DNA of 64,000 nucleotides. Origin: Planctomycetaceae bacterium. Lineage in GTDB: Bacteria > Planctomycetota > Phycisphaerae > Phycisphaerales > UBA1924. The stretch spans positions 1,930 to 65,929 of the forward strand of contig JAIYDA010000130.1 of NCBI GenBank assembly GCA_027487735.1, given 5' to 3'. Under the pieces are notes generated by a model. The model saw nothing but the letters and a program-made list of their open reading frames with translations, made no database searches and was not told the origin of the DNA. Below, piece after piece: positions 17,369 to 26,329 of this stretch. The first letter of the stretch is position 1, and every line of letters starts with the position of its first letter. A program made the position numbers and the translations under genes.

Positions 17369-18673
17369 ATGGGGGACATGGTTGCTGCTTTTCTTATCTT
17401 GCTTGCGCTGCTGGTGCTGAATGGGATCTTTGCGATGGCAGAGCTCGCGATGATGACCAGCCGTCAGTCGCGGTTGCAGGCGGCGGCGTCGCGGGGGTCG
17501 AAGGGTGCGGCGGCGGCGCTTGCGCTCTCGCGCGATCCGACGCGGTTTCTCTCGACGGTGCAGGTGGGGATCACGCTGATCGGGATTCTTGCGGGAGCGT
17601 TTGGGGAGAATGCGCTGTCGGGGCTGCTTGAGCCGCAGATCAAGCGAATCGAGCTGCTTGCGCCGTATTCGGACAAGATCGCGCTCGTGATCGTCGTCGT
17701 GGTCATCACGTACTTCTCGCTGGTGATTGGCGAGCTTGTGCCCAAGCGGATTGCGCTCGCATTTCCTGAGGCGATTGCCTCGGTGATCTCGCGCCCGCTG
17801 AACTTTCTTTCGGTGATTGCGGCGTGGCCTGTGCGGCTGCTGTCTGCTTCGAGCACGGCGATCCTGGGCGTGCTACGCATCAAGCCTCGCACGCACGATG
17901 ATGTGTCGGAAGATGACGTGAAGGCGCTCATCGCGCGGGCGGCGACGACGGGGGTTTTCACGCCGCAGGAGCTGACGCTGTTTCAGCGCACCATGCGCGC
18001 GGGCGACCTCATCGTGCGCGACCTGATGGTTTCGCGGCGCGACATCATCTGGCTGGATGTGAAGGACGACATCGACACAGTGCGCGTGGTGCTGGGCACG
18101 AGCCCGCACTCGCACTTCCCGATCTGTGAGGGCGACATCGACAAGCTGCGCGGCGTCGTGCACATCAAGGACCTCATCGCGTATGGGTTGTTGGCGGGCA
18201 AGAGCTTTCAGGTGAGCAACGTGGCGAGCAAGCCCTTGTTTGTTCCGGGCACGATGCCCGCGCTGCGGCTGCTCGACCAGTTTCAGAACACCAAAAACCA
18301 CGTCGCGTTCGTTGTTGATGAGTACGGCTCGGTGCAGGGCATGCTCACGCTGAACGACGTGACGGCGGCGGTTGTTGGGGATATTCGGCGGCGGAACGTG
18401 CACGAGTTGCCCAGGCTCGTGCAGCGGTCGGATCGCAGCTGGCTGGTGGATGGCAGGCTGCCCTTGCACGAGCTTGTGGTCGGGCTCAGCCTCTCCACGA
18501 CTGCGGAGGAGGACCTGCCTGATGTCAGCACGGTTGCGGGGCTTGTCACCACGGTGCTCGGGCACATCCCGCGCGAGGGCGAGCGCCTGGAGTGGCAGGG
18601 GTACAACATCGAGGTGATCGATATGGATGGTGCACGCGTGGACAAGGTGCTCGTCGTTGCGCCCAGCAAGTGA
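17369..18673 (+). CDS. Hemolysin-family/CNNM transporter-like protein (DUF21, CBS pair, CorC_HlyC)
   Basis: MGDMVAAFLILLALLVLNGIFAMAELAMMTSRQSRL...GELVPKRIAL...; CBS region, then C-terminal YNIEVIDMDGARVDKVLV. The ATG at 17369 was verified; the track start at 17006 is antisense overlap. Confidence 0.85.
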   Translation: MGDMVAAFLILLALLVLNGIFAMAELAMMTSRQSRLQAAASRGSKGAAAALALSRDPTRFLSTVQVGITLIGILAGAFGENALSGLLEPQIKRIELLAPYSDKIALVIVVVVITYFSLVIGELVPKRIALAFPEAIASVISRPLNFLSVIAAWPVRLLSASSTAILGVLRIKPRTHDDVSEDDVKALIARAATTGVFTPQELTLFQRTMRAGDLIVRDLMVSRRDIIWLDVKDDIDTVRVVLGTSPHSHFPICEGDIDKLRGVVHIKDLIAYGLLAGKSFQVSNVASKPLFVPGTMPALRLLDQFQNTKNHVAFVVDEYGSVQGMLTLNDVTAAVVGDIRRRNVHELPRLVQRSDRSWLVDGRLPLHELVVGLSLSTTAEEDLPDVSTVAGLVTTVLGHIPREGERLEWQGYNIEVIDMDGARVDKVLVVAPSK

Positions 18674-18722
18674 GCACGGCGGGCAACGCGGCTTTGCAGG
18701 GCACGCTGACGGCGAGTCGAAC

Positions 18723-20123
18723 TCACGGCAAGTTGATCGGTGGTTGTGCCGCCATCAGCGCTGTGGCTGCCCATTCAAAGGCTGGCTTGGCGAAGAACAC
18801 GAGCATGGTGCCCAGCGCGAGGTAGGGGCCGTAGGGCAGCACCGCTTTGGTGTTGCGGAAGAAGACCTTGCCTATGCCAAAGCCCAGCATGCCCAGGAAG
18901 GCAGCGCCGAAGAACGCCAGCACCGGATCGATCCAGCCCAGACATACGCCCACGGCACCCATCATGTGCACGTCGCCCAGGCCCAGCGCTTCTTTGCCAA
19001 AGAGCAAGCTGCCGAGGATGCGCATCAGCCAGACCACGCCCGCGCCGATGAGATAGCCCAGCAAGCACCCGGCAAGCACGCAGAGCCAGAGCGGTGCCTC
19101 GACGCTGGGCTCGTTTCGCAGGGTCGCTGGGTTGTAGATCCAGGGGCCCGTGAGCTTCATTGCCAGCCATGCGCCGCCGCCCGCGAGGCCGATCGCGGGC
19201 GCGAGAAACGAGATCTCCCGCAGCATTTCTTTGCGAGCGTGGGGGTAGGCCTGCCAGTAGTCTTGCTGGTCGAGCGGCACCGCGCTCGCATCGCCCGCGG
19301 GCGTTGCGGCGCTCTGCAAGCGAGCGGCTTCTGCGGTCCGGGCCTGCTCTTCCCAGGCGTTGTACTCGCTGCCAAAGCTCTGCGTGAGCACGCCCTTCCA
19401 GAGCAGCAGATTCGCGATGGCGACTCCGAGCACGCCCCCCAGCGCGGCTCCGATCATGGGCCAGTCATAGATGCCCGGCGCGGGGATGCTCCAGAGCGCG
19501 TCGGGTGCGCGGATGCTGAGGGCGGGCCTGCCTTGACCATATTGCACCCAGAGCGCCCACCCCACGTGCCCGGCAAGCCCGACCAGCAGCGGAAAGGTCG
19601 TGAACTGGTGCGGAATCGTGAAGGTCTTGGCGTCGACGAGCGTCATGCCAAACAAGAAGCTCATCAGCATGACGACGACGATGAACAGAGGCCAGGTCTC
19701 GATGAACCCGTTGATGCCCCACTCGGGCTGCAAGGGCTGCAAAAAGCTCACCACCGAGCTGTAGTCGACGTAGAGCAGCGCGAAGGTGAAGGCCCAGAGC
19801 AGCGCCATCCCAAACTCGACCAGTGGGTATTCAGGCGAGATCTTCGTGCGACAAAATCGGCATTTGCCTCGCAGCAGGAGCCACCCCAGGATCGGGATGT
19901 TCTCATTCGCGGTGAGCTTGGTCTCGCAGCTTGGACACCGGCTTGTCGGGCGGACGTAGTCCAGCCCGAGGGGGATGCGATAGACCAGCACATTCATGAG
20001 CGAGCCCATGCACGCGCCGAACGCGAACACAAACAGCAGCTTCACGCACTCAAGGATCGAGAGCTGCACGTTTGGGTTGGCGAGCCAGTGGGACTGGGCG
20101 AGGAGAAGTGGGGGAGCATCCAT
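18723..20123 (-). CDS. pilD: Prepilin leader peptidase/N-methyltransferase (A24 family)
   Basis: CPSCETKL...GKCRFCRTKISPEYPLVE (Cys-pair domain) and GKEALGLGDVHMMGAVG. The track start at 20183 is TTG; the ATG at 20123 gives MDAPPLLL. Confidence 0.8.
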   Translation of the reverse strand: MDAPPLLLAQSHWLANPNVQLSILECVKLLFVFAFGACMGSLMNVLVYRIPLGLDYVRPTSRCPSCETKLTANENIPILGWLLLRGKCRFCRTKISPEYPLVEFGMALLWAFTFALLYVDYSSVVSFLQPLQPEWGINGFIETWPLFIVVVMLMSFLFGMTLVDAKTFTIPHQFTTFPLLVGLAGHVGWALWVQYGQGRPALSIRAPDALWSIPAPGIYDWPMIGAALGGVLGVAIANLLLWKGVLTQSFGSEYNAWEEQARTAEAARLQSAATPAGDASAVPLDQQDYWQAYPHARKEMLREISFLAPAIGLAGGGAWLAMKLTGPWIYNPATLRNEPSVEAPLWLCVLAGCLLGYLIGAGVVWLMRILGSLLFGKEALGLGDVHMMGAVGVCLGWIDPVLAFFGAAFLGMLGFGIGKVFFRNTKAVLPYGPYLALGTMLVFFAKPAFEWAATALMAAQPPINLP

Positions 20124-20254
20124 GCGCGGGCAGCGTATGGGAGCGAAGCCCGGAGGGGACTTGATGGGCCCCGCGGGCCCCAAGATGGCTCAGCAGGAGC
20201 AAACCGAACCAACCTTGCGGCCCAAGCGGTGGGGGAGGGCCGATACAGTGGAGC

Positions 20255-21868
20255 ATGACAACGGCAACCGCGGCGGGTTCGAGTGGCACTGGGGGTGGCG
20301 TTGGGGGTGGAGTTGGTGGTGGTCCGGGCAGTCTGTCTGCGGGCACCGCCGGTGCGGCGCTGCACGGCAGCGGCGTGATCGCCCAGCACATTGGCGCGAT
20401 CGTGCAGCAGGTGCGCGATGCCCGCGCGACCCTGACGCAGGAGCGCGCACCCAACCCAGCGCTGAAGGCTGAGTACGACCAGCTCATGGCCCGCGCCACG
20501 AGCGTGCGGGGCAAGCCCTTGCTCTACCCCTTCCTTGGCAGCGGGCTGGGGAATGGCCCGCTCGTGGAGCTGGCAGATGGCAGCGTGAAGTGGGACATGG
20601 CAACGGGCATCGGCGTGCACTTCTTTGGGCACAGCGACGAGGACCTCATCGAGGCCTCGCTGCGCGGCGCGATCGACGACACCGTGAAGCATGGCAACCT
20701 TGTCAGCAACTTCGACGCCTACGCCTTTGGCGAAGAGCTGCTGCGGCACCTGGGCAAGGGCAGCCCGCTCAAGCACGCGTACATCTCGACCAGCGGCGCG
20801 ATGGCCAACGAGAACGCGCTCAAGGTCTGCTTCCACCGTCTCTATCAGCGTCACGCCGAGGGGAGCAACGCGAACGACCCCGCGAAGCTGCTTGCAGGGT
20901 TTGGCGCCACGCCCCGCGTGCTGGCGTTCAAGGACTGCTTCATGGGCCGCAGCGCGATGATGTACAGCATCGGCGACAACCACGCCGGTCGCGAGGGGCT
21001 GCCGCTCGTGGGCAACGTGGACTACATGCCCTTCTGGGATGCTGCGGCGGCGGAGCGCATGGGCCCGGGTGCCTCGGGCAAGAAGCGCTTCATCGATATG
21101 TGCCTGTGGCACCTGGATCAGTACGTGACGCGCTACCCCGGGTCGCACGCGTGCTTCATCTTCGAGCTGGTGCAGGGCGAGGGAGGGTTTAATGTGGGGG
21201 ACCGCGACTACTTCAAGGCGCTCATGGAGTATTGCAAGGCTAAGAAGATCGCGGTGTGGGACGATGAGATTCAGACCTTTGGGCGCACCACGCGGATGTT
21301 TGCCTACGAGCACTTTGACCTGGGGGAGTATGTCGACGTCTTCTGCGTGGGCAAGATGACCCAGGCGTGCGCGACAGCGTGGACGAGCGACTTCAACCCC
21401 AAGACCAACATCCTCAGCGGCACCTTCACGGGCGAGGGGAGCAGCTTCCGCGTGGGCACGCGCGTGCTCCAGCGCCTCGCCTCGGGGCAGGTGGGGGGCA
21501 CGAACGAGGAGGGCACGTTTTATGGCGAGCAGGGCAGCTTCGCGAAGCACCACGCTCTCTTTCGAGAGCACGCCGCGGCCCTCATCGCGAAGCACCCGTC
21601 CTGGTTCCCGGTGGTGCGCGAGCTGGGCGAGAGCACCACGCGCCTTGCCGATGGCATCGGCGGCATGATGCGCCTCACGCCCTTTGGCGGCGACAAAAAG
21701 AAGGTGATGGACGCGTGCAAGCACATCTTTGATGAGGGGGCGATTGTGTTTTATTGCGGGCACGGGCCTTATCACATCCGCATGCTGCCCCCGATGCCCG
21801 TGATGCGCGAGGAGCACTGGGCGAGGGTGTTTGGGTGTATTGAGCGCGGCTTGGCACGTATCGCCTAA
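20255..21868 (+). CDS. Class-III PLP-dependent aminotransferase
   Basis: STSGAMANENALKV, FIFELVQGEGGF, DEIQTFGRTTRMFA, and VFCVGKMTQ (candidate PLP lysine). Gly-rich N-terminal tail. Confidence 0.75.
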   Translation: MTTATAAGSSGTGGGVGGGVGGGPGSLSAGTAGAALHGSGVIAQHIGAIVQQVRDARATLTQERAPNPALKAEYDQLMARATSVRGKPLLYPFLGSGLGNGPLVELADGSVKWDMATGIGVHFFGHSDEDLIEASLRGAIDDTVKHGNLVSNFDAYAFGEELLRHLGKGSPLKHAYISTSGAMANENALKVCFHRLYQRHAEGSNANDPAKLLAGFGATPRVLAFKDCFMGRSAMMYSIGDNHAGREGLPLVGNVDYMPFWDAAAAERMGPGASGKKRFIDMCLWHLDQYVTRYPGSHACFIFELVQGEGGFNVGDRDYFKALMEYCKAKKIAVWDDEIQTFGRTTRMFAYEHFDLGEYVDVFCVGKMTQACATAWTSDFNPKTNILSGTFTGEGSSFRVGTRVLQRLASGQVGGTNEEGTFYGEQGSFAKHHALFREHAAALIAKHPSWFPVVRELGESTTRLADGIGGMMRLTPFGGDKKKVMDACKHIFDEGAIVFYCGHGPYHIRMLPPMPVMREEHWARVFGCIERGLARIA

Positions 21869-22137
21869 AGCGGGCGTGTCTGGCCGCTGATTATCGGGTT
21901 TGGTTCGGGGCGGGCCGGGCAAGCTGGTCGTGCGCCCGGCGCATTCGCCCCCGCCCTGCGGAGTGCCTATCGTTGCAGTCCCACTCTCGCGGTTGCCGCG
22001 GGCATGGGGATGCGGTGAAGTTTCCGGGAGGACCGGCCCGCAGAAGGCTTGTGTCGGCGGCGAGTGCCCGAAGGGTTGATCTGACGTGTGGACGCCAGAC
22101 CCCAAAGGCCCGCGATCGCGGCGAGCAGGAGTGTCGC

Positions 22138-22350
22138 ATGCTTCCTCCACAGAGAGTCAGCCACGGTCGTACGCGTCGTCGTCGCAATCACCACGCCCTT
22201 GAAGCCAAGAACCTCGCGACCGACCCGGTCTCGGGCATGCCCCGCATGTCTCACCGTGCCAGCCAGCAGAGCGGGTATGTCCGCGCTGGGCTGACGATCA
22301 AGGTGCCCAAGCTGGGCATCGGCGTTGCGAAGAAGACCAAGCGCAAGTAA
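22138..22350 (+). CDS. rpmF: 50S ribosomal protein L32 (Cys-less form)
   Basis: MLPPQRVSHGRTRRRRNHHALEAKNLATDPVSGMPRMSHRASQQSGYVRAG, immediately upstream of plsX as in many bacteria. Confidence 0.8.
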   Translation: MLPPQRVSHGRTRRRRNHHALEAKNLATDPVSGMPRMSHRASQQSGYVRAGLTIKVPKLGIGVAKKTKRK

Positions 22351-22515
22351 GCAGCGCGATGGTTGGTAAGCGGCGCGGTCTTGCGTCAGCGGCGCGGCCG
22401 TGGGGACAAGGCAGAGCGGTTCATTTGAAGCGCCCGCGTGCGAACATCTTCGCTGCGCGGGCGTATTTTCCAAGCGGCGCGACGAGCGCAGCACAAGACA
22501 GGTGCGAAGCAAGCG

Positions 22516-23589
22516 ATGCGCATCGGCATAGACATCATGGGGGGCGATCACTCGCCCGAGGCGATCATGAAGGGCGCGTGCATGGCCCTCGAGCAGCTGC
22601 AGCCGGGCGAGGTGCTGGTGCTGTTCGGCCCCCAGGGGCTGATGCGCGAGATGCTCGACGAGAAGGGCATCCGCAAGGATGACCCACGCATCGAGCTCGT
22701 GCACTGCGCCGACGTGATCGAGATGGGCGACAGCGCCGCCAAGGCGGTGCGGAGCAAGACCGAGAGCACGATCGTGAAGATGCACCAGTTTGGTGCTCAC
22801 GACCATCCGAGCCGGTGCGATGTCGTGCTGAGCGCGGGCAACACGGGCGCGTGCGTGGCGGCCGCGATGCTGCACATGCGCCGCCTGCCCAACGTGATTC
22901 GCCCGGGCATCGCGGTGACCATCCCCGCGTTCCACGGGCCCGTGGTGCTGCTGGATGCGGGCGCAAACCCCGAGCCCAAGCCCGAGCACCTCTGGCAGTA
23001 TGGCGTGATGGCGGACGTCTTCGCGAAGCGCACGCTCGGGCTCGCGGCCCCGCGCATCGCCCTGATGAACATTGGTAGCGAAGAGGCCAAGGGCACGGGC
23101 GAGATCAAGCAAGCCCGCGACCTGCTGAAGGCCACGCCCGGCATCAACTACATCGGATACGTGGAAGGTCGCGACTTCTTTGAAGGCGCGGCGGACGTGG
23201 TCATCACCGATGGGCTGGTGGGCAACACCGTGCTCAAGGCTGCAGAGGGCATGGCGAAGAGCCTGTTCAAGGCGATCGCTGCGGAGATTCTGGAGCAGAA
23301 GCCCGAGCTCATGCTCGAGTTTGAGCCCATCGTCAAGGCGATCTACGCGAAGAACGACTACCACGAGTATGGCGGCGCGCCCCTGCTGGGCGTGAACGGG
23401 GCCTGCTTCATCGCGCACGGCAGCAGCGAGGCCCGCACGATTCGTGCCGCCGTCCGCAACTGCCGCCGCTTCGTGCAGCTGGGCATTAACGCCGAGGTCG
23501 TCCGTCGGCTGGAAGAGACCGCGGGCGTGCTGGAGCAGGTGCAGGCGTTGCAGGGTGCAGAGGTGAAGCCGGCGAGCGTGCGGGTGTGA
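22516..23589 (+). CDS. plsX: Phosphate acyltransferase PlsX
   Basis: MRIGIDIMGGDHSPEAI...SAGNTGA...ITDGLVGNTVLKAAEG...GAPLLGVNG...HGSS. Confidence 0.9.
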   Translation: MRIGIDIMGGDHSPEAIMKGACMALEQLQPGEVLVLFGPQGLMREMLDEKGIRKDDPRIELVHCADVIEMGDSAAKAVRSKTESTIVKMHQFGAHDHPSRCDVVLSAGNTGACVAAAMLHMRRLPNVIRPGIAVTIPAFHGPVVLLDAGANPEPKPEHLWQYGVMADVFAKRTLGLAAPRIALMNIGSEEAKGTGEIKQARDLLKATPGINYIGYVEGRDFFEGAADVVITDGLVGNTVLKAAEGMAKSLFKAIAAEILEQKPELMLEFEPIVKAIYAKNDYHEYGGAPLLGVNGACFIAHGSSEARTIRAAVRNCRRFVQLGINAEVVRRLEETAGVLEQVQALQGAEVKPASVRV

Positions 23590-23649
23590 TTGTTATAAGA
23601 CTAATTCTGCGATCGTCAGATCGTATGTGAACCGAACTCACGTTGCGAC

Positions 23650-23665
23650 GTATCGTATACGATAC
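23650..23665. promoter_or_regulatory. Perfect 16-bp palindrome GTATCGTATACGATAC, candidate operator for the downstream HTH gene
   Basis: Read directly. It ends 4 nt before the ATG at 23670, inside a locally AT-rich leader (23588-23670). Confidence 0.4.
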
Positions 23666-23669
23666 TGGC

Positions 23670-24053
23670 ATGGTGAGTCAGACTTCAACGTCGATGGAGC
23701 TTGCAAGCCTGCGGGCTCAGCTTGGCATGACGCACGACGATGTCGCGCGTCGCAGCGGCGTCTCGGTGCCCACCGTGAAGCGAATCTTGGGAGGACAGCT
23801 GGCGCAGGCGTCGTTTGGTCATGTCGCCGCTGTCGCGGCAGCTCTTGGCGCGCCGATTGGTCTTGAACCGACCGATCCCGAGGAGCTCTGCCGGGTGCAG
23901 GCGCGGGCAAAGGCGGAGGCGATCGCCCGGCTTGTGCAAGGGACGAGCGGGCTGGAGGGGCAAGGCCTCGACAGTGCGGAGTTTGCACGTCTGGTCGAGC
24001 GAAGCTACCACGAGCTGCTCGCTGGCCCGCGGAGGCGCTTGTGGGCTCCGTGA
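23670..24053 (+). CDS. XRE-type HTH protein ('mobile mystery protein A'-like), partner of the Fic gene
   Basis: LRAQLGMTHDDVARRSGVSVPTVKRILGG. The track start at 23643 is TTG; the ATG at 23670 gives MVSQTSTS. It overlaps the Fic gene by 13 nt. Confidence 0.7.
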   Translation: MVSQTSTSMELASLRAQLGMTHDDVARRSGVSVPTVKRILGGQLAQASFGHVAAVAAALGAPIGLEPTDPEELCRVQARAKAEAIARLVQGTSGLEGQGLDSAEFARLVERSYHELLAGPRRRLWAP

Positions 24054-24691
24054 CTGAGCCAGACGATGGGCACCTGAAGCGGCTGAGCGCTGGCTTGTCG
24101 CGGCTTGCTGGGCAGACGCCGCTCGATGACATCAGCGGGCTGCGCAGGCGAGACGTGCGCAGCATCGCGCAGCTGAACGTCGCGGAGGCGGAGAACATCC
24201 GCAAGGCGGTGATGCGGCACGTGGTGGCGAGCGGCCCCGGGGCGCGCGTGCGATTTGGTGTCGCGTGGTCGCGCCGTGTTCACAAGGACATGTTTGGTGA
24301 CGTGTGGGCTTGGGCGGGCACCTTTCGCGGTCATGAGACAAATCTGGGCGCATCGCCCGGGCAGATCGAGACTTTGCTGCATGAGCTCTTTGAGGACTTT
24401 TCTGCGTGGCGCGCAAGCGGCATGGAAGCGATTGAGCAGGCGGCGCGCCTGCACCACCGCGCGGTGCTGATCCATCCTTTCGCAAACGGCAACGGACGCT
24501 GGGCGCGGATGCTCGCAACGATCGTGCTCCGCGTGCACGATGGGAGCGTGCTGGCGTGGCCCGAGGCGACCCTTGGCGGGACGAGTGATGTGCGTGGCGA
24601 GTACCTGCGCGTCATGCGCGACGCGGATCGGGGCGACATCGCTGGTTTGCTCGCGATGCACAGGCGATACCAGGCGCGCACGCTGGGCTGA
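24041..24691 (+). CDS. Fic-domain protein ('mobile mystery protein B'-like)
   Basis: Fic motif HPFANGNGRWAR within LHHRAVLIHPFANGNGRWARMLATIVL. GTG start. Confidence 0.85.
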   Translation: MGSVTEPDDGHLKRLSAGLSRLAGQTPLDDISGLRRRDVRSIAQLNVAEAENIRKAVMRHVVASGPGARVRFGVAWSRRVHKDMFGDVWAWAGTFRGHETNLGASPGQIETLLHELFEDFSAWRASGMEAIEQAARLHHRAVLIHPFANGNGRWARMLATIVLRVHDGSVLAWPEATLGGTSDVRGEYLRVMRDADRGDIAGLLAMHRRYQARTLG

Positions 24692-24724
24692 GCTTGGGCT
24701 GTGCACGGGCTGAGCACGGGCTGC

Positions 24725-25786
24725 TTAGCTGCCCGGCACCATCGCAATGTACAGCGGAATCCCGATCGCGATGTTGAACGGAAACGTCACCGCCAGGGCC
24801 ATTGGCACATACAGCCCGGGCGTTGCCTGCGGGATCACGAGGCGAACCGCGGCGGGCACGGCGATGTAGCTCGCGCTGCTTGCGAGTGTGATGAGCAAGA
24901 TGGCATCGCCCCGGGGCATCTGGAGTGCTCGGGCCAGCAGCATCGCGAGCAGCGCGTTCGCGAGCGGGATGGCGATGCCAAGGGCCGCGACCTTCCAGCC
25001 CGCGCTGCGCAGGTCTTTCAGCCTGCGTGCTGCGAGCAGCCCAAGGTCGAGCAGGAAGAAGACAAGCACGCCAGGAAAGACATCGCCCGCGAGGGGCTTG
25101 AAGGTGGCATAGCCGCGGTCGCCTGTGAGGATGCCGATGAGCAGGCTGCCCAGCAGCACGATCACCGCGCCGTTGAGGAACGCCTCGTGCAGCAGCTTGC
25201 CCCAGCCGTGCGGGGTTTGGTTTGCGTCGGTTGCGTGTGTTCCCCCCGCAGCCTGGCCTTTCTCTTGCTGGCCCTTCTCTTGCTGGGCTTTCTGGCGCTG
25301 GGCCCGGCGCAGCAGCACGACTGCGATCACAATCGCCGGGCTCTCCATGAGCGCCATGACCGCGACCATGTGCCCGCCGAAGGGAATGCCGCGCGCTTCG
25401 AGCACCGTGCTCGCGGCCATGAACGTGACCGCAGAGATGGAGCCATAGGTCGCGGCGAGCGCGGCCGCGTTGGGCAGGCTCGTGAGCCTTCGCATGCAGG
25501 CAAAGGTGTACAGCGGCACGATGCACGCGAGCGCGATGCCCGCGAAGACGGCCTTCAGCGCATAGGGCGAAAGGCCGCTGTGCGTGAGTTCCACTCCGCC
25601 CTTGAAGCCAATGGCCCAGAGCAGGTAGAGCGATAGCAGCTTTGTGACGGGCTTGGGGACGCTGAGGTTGCTCTTCACGAGGGCCGCGAACGCGCCCAGA
25701 AAGAAGAACAGCACAGGCGGGCTTGCAAAGAGCGAGTCCTTCGCCTGCGACAGGAGCGCCACCGCACTCTGGGCGAGTGTGAGCAT
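24725..25786 (-). CDS. Sodium-dependent bicarbonate transporter family permease (SbtA/DUF897-like)
   Basis: Polytopic membrane protein. LVKSNLSVPKPVTKLLSLYLLWAIGFKGGVEL and a second half ASSASYIAVPAAVR, joined by a hydrophilic central loop. Confidence 0.65.
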   Translation of the reverse strand: MLTLAQSAVALLSQAKDSLFASPPVLFFFLGAFAALVKSNLSVPKPVTKLLSLYLLWAIGFKGGVELTHSGLSPYALKAVFAGIALACIVPLYTFACMRRLTSLPNAAALAATYGSISAVTFMAASTVLEARGIPFGGHMVAVMALMESPAIVIAVVLLRRAQRQKAQQEKGQQEKGQAAGGTHATDANQTPHGWGKLLHEAFLNGAVIVLLGSLLIGILTGDRGYATFKPLAGDVFPGVLVFFLLDLGLLAARRLKDLRSAGWKVAALGIAIPLANALLAMLLARALQMPRGDAILLITLASSASYIAVPAAVRLVIPQATPGLYVPMALAVTFPFNIAIGIPLYIAMVPGS

Positions 25787-25878
25787 GAGGGCAGGATAGA
25801 GCGTGGGGCGGGGCGAGCGCGGCGCGAAATCGGGACAGGTGACAAGGGATTGCGGGGGGGCTCGGCGACCAGCGCGAG

Positions 25879-26169
25879 CTATGCCATCGGCGGGATGCGC
25901 TTTCCGGCCATCACAGCAGCCGCTGCCTGGGCCAGACGCTGCGTGTTGCGAGCGTCGCAGATCGCGGCGATGGTCGCCTCATCGGCCTTGCACTTTGCGA
26001 GATACTCGCGGGCCCGCTTCCAGAGCGTGTCGCGCTGCTTGTCGCTTTCGGCGAGCGCGATCGAGCCCACGAGCTCGGAGAGCTTGGTCGCGTAGATGGT
26101 GTCCTGATGCTCGTAGTAGCGATCAACGATCTTGCGTTGATAGGGGCTCAGGTTTGGTTGCTTGGCCAT
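25879..26169 (-). CDS. Hypothetical small helical protein (96 aa)
   Basis: Clean ATG ORF with host-like codon bias: MAKQPNLSPYQRKIVDRYYEHQDTIYATKLSELVG... No recognisable domain. Confidence 0.5.
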   Translation of the reverse strand: MAKQPNLSPYQRKIVDRYYEHQDTIYATKLSELVGSIALAESDKQRDTLWKRAREYLAKCKADEATIAAICDARNTQRLAQAAAAVMAGKRIPPMA

Positions 26170-26180
26170 GGGGGAAGGTT

Positions 26181-26320
26181 AAGAGGTGTCGAGGAAGAAA
26201 GAGGTGTCGAGGTGTCAAGGTGTCGAGGTGTCAAGGGGGTGTGCGATCGGTTCCGTGGTGTGGTCCCAAGCGTCTCTTCCCTCGACACCTCGACACCTCT
26301 TGTCACCTCGACACCTCTTA
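26181..26320. repeat. Imperfect inverted repeat built from GGTGTC(G/A)A 8-mers
   Basis: Left arm 26181-26237 (aagaggtgtcgagg...ggtgtcgaggtgtcaaggtgtcgaggtgtcaaggg) and right arm 26278-26320 (ccctcgacacctcgacacctcttgtcacctcgacacctctta), with a ~40-nt spacer. It fills the divergent gap between starts at 26169 and 26330. Confidence 0.75.
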
Positions 26321-26329
26321 CTGTCCCCC

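Noticed and set aside
18627-23418. Long antisense ORFs 18627..20258 (+), 20042..22150 (-) and 21967..23418 (-)
   Set aside because: They are antisense to pilD, the aminotransferase, rpmF and plsX, all of which have clear family motifs. The products are Arg/His/Ala-rich. The same reasoning rejects 31078..33165, 34907..36931, 43672..45057, 44657..46333, 46281..48737 and 58429..59775.
25879-26169. 96-aa ORF considered as the PII-like SbtB partner of the SbtA-like permease
   Set aside because: It lies upstream rather than downstream of the permease, looks all-helical, and lacks PII-type beta-alpha-beta motifs or a T-loop. It is kept as hypothetical.
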